Source: an uncultured Clostridia bacterium
GTDB taxonomy: Bacteria; Bacillota; Clostridia; Christensenellales; CAG-314
Length of the DNA stretch: 64,000 bases
Assembly (NCBI GenBank): GCA_944336125.1
Contig: CALVLA010000001.1
Coordinates: 96,414 to 160,413, forward strand
Reading direction: 5' to 3'
Shown: one piece after another, positions 29,314 through 37,254 of the stretch
How the letters are laid out: each line of letters begins with the position of its first letter
How positions within the stretch are numbered: position 1 is the stretch's first letter
Made by a program: the position numbers and the translations under genes
Notes under the pieces: generated by a model
What the model was told of the DNA's origin: nothing
Database searches by the model: none
The model's input: the letters and a program-made list of their open reading frames with translations, nothing else

Positions 29314-29823
29314 TCACGCCTTCCAAAAATCAAGTTCTTCAAGCAGTTTTTGCTGAACGTCGGCATGAATCTGTTCGTCCTCCGCTATACGCAAAAGCAA
29401 AAGTTTCAGGCTTTCGTTTTTTACCTTTTCCGCTGCGGCGCGGTATTGCCTTACCGCATCCTTTTCGTCGTTGATGTTAGTCATAAGCATCTGAAACAAA
29501 TTTTTGGAGTAGTTTACCCAACTGCCGCTTAGCGGCGCGTCGAAATAGAAAAACACAGGGTCGCCGCCGAACTTAATCATTGCTTCCCCCAAAAGGTCCA
29601 TGTGCTTCATTTCGACCTTACCTATTTCGGCAAAAATTTTTGCGGCGTGCTTTGCATACTTGTTTGCCACAAGATGCTGATAGACGTACTGCAATACGGC
29701 AGTTGTCTCACTCTTTTTAGAGCAGTAAAGTTTTTTGAGAATTGCCACGGTAAATTCGCAGCGGGACGCGTTTTCGATTTCAGGGTACTCGCCTGCGGCG
29801 GCATACATTTCGGGAAGTGTCAT
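29314..29823 (-). CDS. Ferritin-like di-iron family protein
   Basis: About 169 aa with two ExxH motifs (EMKH, EQIH) in predicted helices. The start is at ATG 29823, preceded by AAGGAG. Confidence 0.5.
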   Translation of the reverse strand: MTLPEMYAAAGEYPEIENASRCEFTVAILKKLYCSKKSETTAVLQYVYQHLVANKYAKHAAKIFAEIGKVEMKHMDLLGEAMIKFGGDPVFFYFDAPLSGSWVNYSKNLFQMLMTNINDEKDAVRQYRAAAEKVKNESLKLLLLRIAEDEQIHADVQQKLLEELDFWKA

Positions 29824-29965
29824 CAAAAAAATCTCCTTTAAAATTTGTTGTATGATATGAAAAAAAAGCAAAAAGTGTTAAAAAATCGTCTTTACAAAGG
29901 TTTTTTGCAGGTGTATAATAAATAAAGCAGAAATGCAAATTAAGGAAAAAATCAAGGAGACAGTT

Positions 29966-30970
29966 ATGGACAAGGTTATTCAACAAAAACTGGATGCATT
30001 GCAAAACGTAGTTGGCAACACTCCGCTTGCCAAAATCAATTTGAAATACAAAGGCAAGGAAACCTCTGTATATGCTAAACTCGAATACTTCAACTTTTCG
30101 GGAAGTATTAAAGACAGAATGGCATATTACATTTTGAAAAACGCATACGAAAAAGGCGACATCAAACCGGGCGACGAAATCAGCGAAGCAACAAGCGGCA
30201 ACACTGGTATCGCATTTTCGGCACAAGGCGCTTATCTCGGACATAAAGTCAACATTTTTATGCCTGAATGGATGAGCGTTGAAAGAATCAACCTTATCAA
30301 GTCTCTCGGCGCAAACGTAGTTTTGGTTTCACACGAACAAGGCGGATTTACCGGTTCGGTAGCCATGGCTAAGGAATACGCAATAAAGAACAACGGATTT
30401 ATGCCGGGACAATTTGAAAACGAAGCAAACGTAATGGCACACTACACCACTACCGGTCCTGAAATTTTGAAACAGATGGAAAAATTCGGCGTAAAACCTG
30501 ACGCTTTCACCGCAGGCGTAGGCACAGGCGGCACAATGATGGGTACGGGACTTTTCCTGAAGAGCCAAATTCCTGACATCAAGCTTTACCCTATGGAACC
30601 TGCAAGCTGCTCGACTTTGCTTAACGGTTCGGTTGGTCCTCACCGTATCCAGGGTATCGGCGACGAATTCGTACCTCCTATCGTAAAACTCGAAAAACTC
30701 GATGACATCATCGAAATCGACGACGGTGACGCAATCATCATGGCTCAGAAAATCGCAAAAGTTCTCGGTATGGGCGTTGGTATTTCTTCGGGCGCAAACC
30801 TCTTGTCGGCACTTTACGTACAGGAACACTTCGGCAAAAAGAACGTTGTTACCGTATTCGCAGACGACAACAAAAAATATCTGTCCACCGACTACTCGAA
30901 GGTTGAACCTGTTAAACCGGGCTTCATTTCCAGCGACGTCGAAGTCATCAGCTTTGACTCTGTCAGATAA
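29966..30970 (+). CDS. cysK: Cysteine synthase / O-acetylserine sulfhydrylase family PLP enzyme
   Basis: GNTPL, FSGSIKDR (PLP lysine), TSGNTG and GVGTGGT motifs. The start is at ATG 29966, preceded by AAGGAG. Confidence 0.85.
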   Translation: MDKVIQQKLDALQNVVGNTPLAKINLKYKGKETSVYAKLEYFNFSGSIKDRMAYYILKNAYEKGDIKPGDEISEATSGNTGIAFSAQGAYLGHKVNIFMPEWMSVERINLIKSLGANVVLVSHEQGGFTGSVAMAKEYAIKNNGFMPGQFENEANVMAHYTTTGPEILKQMEKFGVKPDAFTAGVGTGGTMMGTGLFLKSQIPDIKLYPMEPASCSTLLNGSVGPHRIQGIGDEFVPPIVKLEKLDDIIEIDDGDAIIMAQKIAKVLGMGVGISSGANLLSALYVQEHFGKKNVVTVFADDNKKYLSTDYSKVEPVKPGFISSDVEVISFDSVR

Positions 30971-30986
30971 CCTTAAGTTAAAAAAT

Positions 30987-31014
30987 ACGACCCCTTTGCG
31001 GGTCGTTTTTTTTA
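30987..31014 (+). terminator. Intrinsic terminator after cysK
   Basis: Stem acgaccc/gggtcgt (30987-30993 / 31000-31006) followed by a T-run. Confidence 0.8.
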
Positions 31015-31091
31015 TTTCGTATTTACATTTTGTTTTTAAGTGATATAATTATAATATAAATAATAAATTTCTTGCATCACGGAGGTTGACC

Positions 31092-31721
31092 ATGAAATTT
31101 GACGATACGATTATCACCATAAGCAGGGAATACGGAAGCGGCGGAAGGATTATCGGGCAAAAACTTGCCGAAAGACTGGGGATTCCTTTTTATGACCACG
31201 AACTCATCACCCTTGCCGCAAAGGAAACGGGTATGAGCGAAGAATTTTTGAAAAACACCGAGGAAAGAGCCAACCATTCTCTGCGCTTTTCACTTTCATA
31301 CCTTGGCAATCTGAGCTACACAATGCCGCTCAACGACCAGGTTTTCATCGCGCAAAGCAAAATTATTCACGACATCGCAGACAAAGGTCCGTGCGTTATC
31401 GTAGGCCGCTGCGCAGACTACGTTCTTAAAGATCACAAACACTGCCTCAACGTATTCGTCCACGCAAACCTCGACTACCGTATGTACAGAGCAATCAAAC
31501 ACTACGATTTCCCTGAACAAAAAACGGTTGAAAAGACCAAGGAAATGATTTTGAAAATCGACAAGCAAAGGGAAACTTACTACAACTATTACACCGACCA
31601 CGTCTGGGGCAAGGCAAGCAACTACCACATCTGCCTTGACAGCAGCCAGCTGCATATAGACGGAACGGTTGACGTCCTCATGAAATTTGTCGAAGAGTTT
31701 GAAAACAAACGCGAAGACTGA
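31092..31721 (+). CDS. Cytidylate kinase-like family protein (P-loop NTPase)
   Basis: ITISREYGSGGRIIGQKLAERLGIPFYD is typical of the cytidylate-kinase-like 2 family. ATG 31092 follows a GGAGG RBS. Confidence 0.6.
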   Translation: MKFDDTIITISREYGSGGRIIGQKLAERLGIPFYDHELITLAAKETGMSEEFLKNTEERANHSLRFSLSYLGNLSYTMPLNDQVFIAQSKIIHDIADKGPCVIVGRCADYVLKDHKHCLNVFVHANLDYRMYRAIKHYDFPEQKTVEKTKEMILKIDKQRETYYNYYTDHVWGKASNYHICLDSSQLHIDGTVDVLMKFVEEFENKRED

Positions 31722-31733
31722 AAAATCAAAACA

Positions 31734-31772
31734 AAAAAATAAACCGCTTTGCAAACGCAAAGCGGTTTTTGT
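31734..31772. terminator. Bidirectional terminator between the kinase-like gene and leuS
   Basis: Perfect 12-bp stem aaaccgctttgc/gcaaagcggttt (31741-31752 / 31757-31768), flanked by an A-run and a T-run. Confidence 0.85.
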
Positions 31773-34202
31773 TTAGCCTACTATAATGTTTACCAGCTTG
31801 TTAGGAATTGCAATTACTTTTTTGATTTGCTTTCCTTCGACAGCCTGCTTGATTTTTTCGTCGGCAAGAGCTGCTTCCTCCATGTCTTTCGGAGACGCTC
31901 CGTGAGCCACTACTATTTTGCTTCTGATTTTTGCGTTAATCTGAACGACTATTTCCACTTCGTCCTTGACCAAAGCTTTTTCGTTTAATACAGGGAATTT
32001 TTGATTGAACACCGAGTACTCGTTACCTGTCTGTTCCCAAAGTTCCTCTGCAAAGTGAGGTGCCAAAGGAGCCATAAGTTTGATAAGGTCGAGGCAAATG
32101 TCGCGGTAAAGTTTTGCGTTTACCTTTTCCCCGTCGGAGTACTTCGACAAAGCGTTGGTAAGCTCCATCATTCTGGCGATTGCCGTGTTGAAGCTGAAGG
32201 TCGAATAGTTGTCGGTAATGTTTTTGATTGCGTAGTTTCTAGCATAGTCGAGGTCTTTTTCGGCACTTCCGAACACGTCTTCGTTGCCCTCGAAAGAGTT
32301 TGCTTTAAGAACGATACGCTCTACCCTGTCCATCCATTTTGCGATAGCCTTGATACCGTCGTCGCTCCAAGGTCCGCCCTCTACGTAGTTGAAGCCGAAA
32401 CCGAGATACATCCTGAATACGTCACTGCCGTAAACCGAAATATAGTCGTCAGGGCTTACCACGTTGCCGCGTGACTTGCTCATTTTGTTTCCGTCTGTTC
32501 CCAAAATTACGCCTTGGTGAACGAGGGAAGTAAACGGCTCGTCAAAGTCAAGGTATCCCATATCGCGCAAAGCTTTAGTGAAAAATCTCGCGTAAAGCAA
32601 GTGCATGCAGGCATGTTCCGCGCCGCCGATGTATTTGTCGACAGGCAGCATTTTATTGATCCACTCTCTGTTGAAAGCTTCCTTGTCGTTTTTGCTGTCA
32701 GGGTATCTCAGGAAGTACCAGCTGCTGCAAACGAAGGTGTCGAGAGTGTCAGGGTCACGCAAAGCGTCGGCACCGCACTTAGGACATTTGGTGTGCATAA
32801 ATCCTTCGTGTTTTGCCAAAGGACTTGTTCCGTCAGGCGTAAAGTTTACGTCGTAAGGAAGTTCTACCGGAAGTTGATCCTCAGGAACAGCAACAGCTCC
32901 GCAATGAGGACAATGTATGACAGGAATAGGCGCGCCCCAGTATCTTTGACGCGATACCAGCCAGTCACGCAGACGATAGTTTGTTTTGAGCTCACCCTTG
33001 CCGCTTTCAGCAAGTTTTTCGATGATTTTGACTTTTGCCTCTTCGGTGGTCATTCCGTCAAATTCACCGGAATTTACGAGAATTCCGTATTCAACGAAAG
33101 GCAGGTCGTCGTTTCCGTTTTTGCCTTTGATGACACGCGTGATAGGAAGACCGAATTTGTGAGCAAACTCGAAGTCCCTTTCATCGTGCGCAGGAACGCC
33201 CATGACCGCGCCGGTACCGTAAGAATAAATTACGTAGTCGGCAATCCAGATAGGCACTTTTTTGTTGTTTATCGGGTTGATGGCATATGCCCCAGTGAAC
33301 ACACCGGATTTTTCCTTGGTGGTCGAAAGCCTTTCGATTTCGTTTGTTTTAGCAACGTCGTCAACGTATTTTTCCACCGCGGCTTTTTGTTCTGCGGTAG
33401 TGATTTCTTTTACCAACGGATGTTCAGGCGCAAGCACCACGTAGCTTACTCCGAACAGCGTGTCGGCACGCGTAGTAAAGGCGCGGAAGCTTTTGCCGTG
33501 TCCGTCAATTTCAAACTCGATTTCGCCGCCCGTGGATTTGCCTATCCAGTTTTTCTGCATAAGCTTTGTCTTTTCAGGCCAGTCAAGCTTGTCAAGGTCA
33601 CGGAGAAGTTCTTCCGCATAGTCGGTTATTTTAAAGAACCATTGAGTAAGGTTTTTTCTGATAACTTCGGTTCCGCATCTTTCGCAGCAGCCTTCCTGTA
33701 CCTGCTCGTTTGCAAGTACGGTGTTGCACGAAGGACACCAGTTGACAGGCGCTTCCTTGCGGTATGCCAAACCGTGTTTGAACAACTGCACGAAAATCCA
33801 CTGCGTCCACTTGTAGTAGTCAGGCATGCAGGTTTTGACTTCGCTGTCCCAGTCGAACATAGCCCCCATGTTTCTGAGCTGTTCTTCCATGATGGAAATG
33901 TTTTTCAATGTGCTGTCTTTAGGATGAATGCCGGTTTTGATTGCATAGTTTTCCGCAGGCAGACCGAAAGCGTCAAATCCCATCGGCTGGTAAACGTTGT
34001 AACCTTGCATACGCAAAAATCTGGCATAGCTGTCGGACAAACCGAAGTTGTACCAGTGACCTATGTGAAGCTTTGCGGCGCTAGGGTATGAAAACATTTC
34101 AAGGACATATTTTTTGTCTTTGATGTTGTTTTTGTCAAATTTGTAAAGATTTGTTTCTTCCCATTTTTTGCGCCATTTTTTTTCGATTTCCACGTTGTTC
34201 AT
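31773..34202 (-). CDS. leuS: Leucyl-tRNA synthetase
   Basis: 809 aa with a HIGH-type motif (LHIGHWYN), KMSKS, and the CxxC...CxxC zinc module. Confidence 0.97.
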   Translation of the reverse strand: MNNVEIEKKWRKKWEETNLYKFDKNNIKDKKYVLEMFSYPSAAKLHIGHWYNFGLSDSYARFLRMQGYNVYQPMGFDAFGLPAENYAIKTGIHPKDSTLKNISIMEEQLRNMGAMFDWDSEVKTCMPDYYKWTQWIFVQLFKHGLAYRKEAPVNWCPSCNTVLANEQVQEGCCERCGTEVIRKNLTQWFFKITDYAEELLRDLDKLDWPEKTKLMQKNWIGKSTGGEIEFEIDGHGKSFRAFTTRADTLFGVSYVVLAPEHPLVKEITTAEQKAAVEKYVDDVAKTNEIERLSTTKEKSGVFTGAYAINPINNKKVPIWIADYVIYSYGTGAVMGVPAHDERDFEFAHKFGLPITRVIKGKNGNDDLPFVEYGILVNSGEFDGMTTEEAKVKIIEKLAESGKGELKTNYRLRDWLVSRQRYWGAPIPVIHCPHCGAVAVPEDQLPVELPYDVNFTPDGTSPLAKHEGFMHTKCPKCGADALRDPDTLDTFVCSSWYFLRYPDSKNDKEAFNREWINKMLPVDKYIGGAEHACMHLLYARFFTKALRDMGYLDFDEPFTSLVHQGVILGTDGNKMSKSRGNVVSPDDYISVYGSDVFRMYLGFGFNYVEGGPWSDDGIKAIAKWMDRVERIVLKANSFEGNEDVFGSAEKDLDYARNYAIKNITDNYSTFSFNTAIARMMELTNALSKYSDGEKVNAKLYRDICLDLIKLMAPLAPHFAEELWEQTGNEYSVFNQKFPVLNEKALVKDEVEIVVQINAKIRSKIVVAHGASPKDMEEAALADEKIKQAVEGKQIKKVIAIPNKLVNIIVG

Positions 34203-34255
34203 AACTTTTTTACCCGTATGAAAATTATTTTTGTGTGATTGTTAAATTACTGAAT

Positions 34256-34284
34256 ATGATATCGCAATGCCAAAAAAAAGTCAA
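34256..34284 (-). promoter_or_regulatory. Candidate sigma-A promoter of leuS
   Basis: On the minus strand: TTGACT (34284-34279), a 17-nt spacer, then TATCAT (34261-34256). This leaves a leader of only about 50 nt. Confidence 0.5.
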
Positions 34285-34373
34285 CAAAACAACGTTTTTT
34301 GCATTGTTTCAGGCAAAAAACATAGCAAAACAACATGCATAAGACCACCTTCCAAAAAGGTGGCCCTTTCCGC

Positions 34374-34402
34374 TTGCAAAATTCCGCTTTTTTTTGTATA
34401 CT
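34374..34402 (+). promoter_or_regulatory. Candidate sigma-A promoter for the tRNA-Arg region
   Basis: TTGCAA (34374-34379), a 17-nt spacer, then TATACT (34397-34402). Confidence 0.55.
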
Positions 34403-34439
34403 GTGTATGCTTTTGAAAAAAACTTTGCTTTCAGGCGCA

Positions 34440-34475
34440 AAAAGTCATTTATGCTTCCGTAGTTAAATGGATATA
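34440..34475 (+). repeat. Partial copy of the tRNA-Arg 5' flank plus tRNA positions 1-23
   Basis: aaaagtcatttatgcttccgtagttaaatggatata is identical to 34569-34604. Similarity with a few substitutions and a 1-nt indel extends about 15 nt further upstream. Confidence 0.9.
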
Positions 34476-34581
34476 CTTCGCTTCCGCTCCGTGGCGTTCG
34501 CCGCAGCAGCGGCTCGGCTTAACAGCCCCGGGCTGTCCGTTTTTCAAACAAGCAAGTTTTTCAAGCACAAAAGTCATTTAT

Positions 34582-34656
34582 GCTTCCGTAGTTAAATGGA
34601 TATAACAGCCCCCTCCTAAGGGGCCGTTGTGGGTTCGATTCCCGCCGGGAGTACCA
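34582..34656 (+). tRNA. tRNA-Arg (anticodon CCT), CCA encoded
   Basis: Hand-folded cloverleaf. The acceptor stem is GCTTCCG/CGGGAGT, the D arm GTTA-AATGGATA-TAAC, the anticodon arm GCCCC-CTCCTAA-GGGGC (anticodon CCT), and the T arm GTGGG-TTCGATT-CCCGC. The discriminator is A, followed by CCA. Confidence 0.85.
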
Positions 34657-34685
34657 CCGCCGTCCTTTCGGACGGCTTTTTGTTT
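34657..34685 (+). terminator. Intrinsic terminator after tRNA-Arg
   Basis: Stem ccgtcc/ggacgg with loop tttc, followed by ctttttgttt. Confidence 0.75.
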
Positions 34686-34758
34686 CGTTTGGGAATCTCA
34701 CCATGTGACGCGATTGACGCAATGCGTAACAATCGCTATTCCGTCGCTTCGCTCCTTA

Positions 34759-34808
34759 CGATTCCCGCCGGGAGTACCACCGCCGTCCTTTCGGACGGCT
34801 TTTTGTTT
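34759..34808 (+). repeat. Direct repeat of the tRNA-Arg 3' end plus its terminator (att-like scar)
   Basis: The 50 nt cgattcccgccgggagtaccaccgccgtcctttcggacggctttttgttt are identical to 34636-34685. Confidence 0.9.
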
Positions 34809-34835
34809 TAAAAAAGCGGCGTTGTTACGCCGCTT
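34809..34835 (-). terminator. Intrinsic terminator at the end of the island transcription units
   Basis: Stem aagcggcg/cgccgctt (34814-34821 / 34828-34835) followed on the minus strand by a T-run (plus-strand A-run 34809-34815). Confidence 0.75.
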
Positions 34836-35965
34836 TAATCATTATATCCTTCCGGGTCATTTGAATAACCAAAAATCTCCGCTCTGTACTCCGCGTTTTC
34901 ATCAAGTGCCCCTTTAAACAAACAGTTTTTTATCGAATGTTTGCCGTTAACATAACCTGTTATTCCACCCGCACAACCGGGTGAATTTATTTTGGCATTT
35001 GCTTCGCAACCAAAAATTCCGCCTTTCCTCGATATCAGCCAGTCAGGATTTCCGCTGTAACCGGCAATTCCGCCTGCACACATTTCGTAGTATTCTTTTT
35101 CTTCTGAATATACACAGGAAACTTCGCCGTTAAAAACACAATTTTCGACTGTTCCCCACGAATTCGAGCCTACTATTCCGCCGGCAGTTCCCGTCGCCGT
35201 AATATTTCCGCTTACGGTACAGTCTTTTATCACAGAATCTAGCATACTTGAAGCAATTCCGCCGGCGGAGCTTGAATTTATTCCGTCAAAATCGCTCACG
35301 TCAATATGTACGTTTTCCATTTTCACACCATAAACAAGCGCATTTTTTAGTGAGCCGAACAGTCCACCCGCGCAGCCACCGTAAGGTCCGTTGAAAATTT
35401 CTTTCGAAGTCGAAATTGTAAGATTTTTTATCGTATATCCGTCAGGGTTTACAAACATACCGGAAAACTCGTTTCCTGCGGGATAATTTCCCAACGGCTC
35501 CCAGTTTTTGACGGATGCCAAATCTATGTCGGCTTTCAAAACATAAACTCCGTCCTTTTTGTTGTTTATGTTTTGCAGGTCTGAAACAGTGCGTATTGGC
35601 ATCATTTGGCTTTGGTCAAAGGAATACAACCTGCATAGATTTGTTTGAAAAACCGTCGAAGAATAATTGTTGTACAAATTAACTTTTATGTCGGAAACTC
35701 CGCATTTGACTGCGGTCACCGTGTTTCCTTCTGCCTTGTATATTCCGTTAGGCGATTGTACTATTTCGAATTTGTCAATTTTAAAGCCGCAGTTTTTAAA
35801 AATTTCGTATATATCAAATTCTTTTTTTTGACCGCTTTCCAAAACAACGGAATAAACCTCATAATTGTTAACGTCATTGGAAAAATATCGATATGTATCG
35901 GTACAGCCGCACAACAAAAATACAGTGGCAACGGAAAGTATTAAGCTTAAAAATTTTTTCATCAA
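34835..35965 (-). CDS. GLUG-motif surface lipoprotein (paralog 1)
   Basis: Signal peptide MMKKFLSLILSVATVFLLCGC. An Ig-like N-domain is followed by the pattern RTVSDLQNI...YVLKADIDLASVKNWEPLG...FSGMF...GYTIKNLTI. Repeated AGG(I/L)(A/V/F/T)G turns are typical of GLUG-motif proteins. Confidence 0.65.
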   Translation of the reverse strand: MMKKFLSLILSVATVFLLCGCTDTYRYFSNDVNNYEVYSVVLESGQKKEFDIYEIFKNCGFKIDKFEIVQSPNGIYKAEGNTVTAVKCGVSDIKVNLYNNYSSTVFQTNLCRLYSFDQSQMMPIRTVSDLQNINNKKDGVYVLKADIDLASVKNWEPLGNYPAGNEFSGMFVNPDGYTIKNLTISTSKEIFNGPYGGCAGGLFGSLKNALVYGVKMENVHIDVSDFDGINSSSAGGIASSMLDSVIKDCTVSGNITATGTAGGIVGSNSWGTVENCVFNGEVSCVYSEEKEYYEMCAGGIAGYSGNPDWLISRKGGIFGCEANAKINSPGCAGGITGYVNGKHSIKNCLFKGALDENAEYRAEIFGYSNDPEGYND

Positions 35966-36066
35966 AACACCTCCTACTTACCGACAGACAAAACAACAAA
36001 ATTTGTAAAATAATTAAATCAAATGTTTAATTAATTGGCTTTTTTAACGTCCTTTCTTCGACAAAG

Positions 36067-37151
36067 CTACTTCTGGGAATCTTCGAAAGCAAATCCGTAA
36101 TACTCGCCTTTGTACAAAGCAGTCTCACTAAACTGACCTGAAAACGAACAATTTTGTATGCACCTTTTGCCCCAGACGTAAGCAGAAATTCCCCCGACGC
36201 TTCCCTCCGCCGTAAGATTTGCATTGACGCGACAATTAACTATTCTTGCTTGGAGGGGGTCTTTGCTGTCAGCCATCGTGTATCCGACAATACCTCCTGC
36301 CACGTTAGAAGTGTGATCAATTTTTTCATCTCTGCTTATATTTGCCACGTTTCCTTCAAACGTACAGTTTTCGATTGTGGCAAACGAGAACGCGCCCGCA
36401 ATTCCTCCGGCATAACTTGCCGCAGTAACATTGCCTTTTACACTGCAATCAAGCAAATATCCGTTATAAAGAGAGCCAACGATAGCACCGGCCGAAGCCG
36501 TCCAGCCCACAGAAGTATAGGCGTTAACGTTTACGTTTTCCAACTTTATGTTGTAAAGAAAGCCGCCGGAAATCATATCAAACAATCCGCCGCGATTTTC
36601 CGGCTCGCAGGAAGTCTCGTTTTCGATATTCAAGTTTTTAATTACGTAGCCGTTTGGATTTATAAACATACCGCTGTATCTATCAATAGGCTTCCAATTT
36701 TCAACAGACGACAAATCCAAATCGTTCATTAAGAGGTAATTGTTTTTACCTTTTACTGCCTGCAAATCCTCCACTGTGCGGATTTTAAAAAAATCCTTTT
36801 CGTCGTATGCAAAAAGCATACCCAGACTCACTTCGTAAACCATCATCGTTTCGTTGTTATAGAGCTTTGCCGATACATCGATGACACCCGTATTCTTGGC
36901 AGTAATGGTATTTCCCTTTACCGAATAAATTTTGGGAGAATTGTTTATTTCGATTCGGTCTGCTTTAACTGAACAGTTAGCAAAAATTTCGTCAAAGTCA
37001 AACTCCTTGGACTCACCCACTTTTAACGCAAAGCGATAAACTGAATAATTTTGTGGCTTTTCGTATGAAAGTTTGTAATTGTTGCATGAGCATAATGAAA
37101 AAAACAAGCGCAACAAAAATTATGAAGCATAAAAGTTTTGACTTTTTTCAT
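36067..37151 (-). pseudogene. GLUG-motif surface lipoprotein (paralog 2), with the reading frame broken in a T5 tract within the signal peptide
   Basis: ATG 37151 has a GGAGGA RBS and encodes MKKVKTFMLHNF. The frame then drifts to a stop, while the 349-aa body (36067-37116, LLRLFFSLCSC...) is in another frame. One extra T in the run at 37115-37119 would give MKKVKTFMLHNFLLRLFFSLCSC. Confidence 0.6.
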
Positions 37152-37197
37152 AAATGTTTCCTCCATACAAAAATTTTAAAACGTTACCTTCGTTAAC

Positions 37198-37226
37198 ATT
37201 ATAACAACGTCAATTTTTCAAGTCAA
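37198..37226 (-). promoter_or_regulatory. Near-consensus sigma-A promoter for the GLUG lipoprotein genes
   Basis: On the minus strand: TTGACT (37226-37221), a 17-nt spacer, then TATAAT (37203-37198). Confidence 0.65.
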
Positions 37227-37254
37227 TATCCCTATATTTTTAACTTGTGTCTTT

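Noticed and set aside
34203-34440. Possible T-box leader upstream of leuS, and the hairpin ccaccttccaaaaaggtgg at about 34344-34362.
   Set aside because: The GGTGG lies in a simple hairpin in the wrong order for a T-box antiterminator or terminator. No AGAGA, F-box or T-box consensus (…GGGTGGTACCGCG) is present. The best promoter (34284-34256) leaves a leader of only about 50 nt. A cmscan with RF00230 would settle it.
34627-34917. ORFs of 96 and 60 aa covering the tRNA-Arg 3' half and its repeat.
   Set aside because: Their repeated peptide (FPPGVPPPSFRTAFCF) is simply the translated tRNA 3' end plus terminator repeat. There is no RBS, and they overlap an RNA gene.
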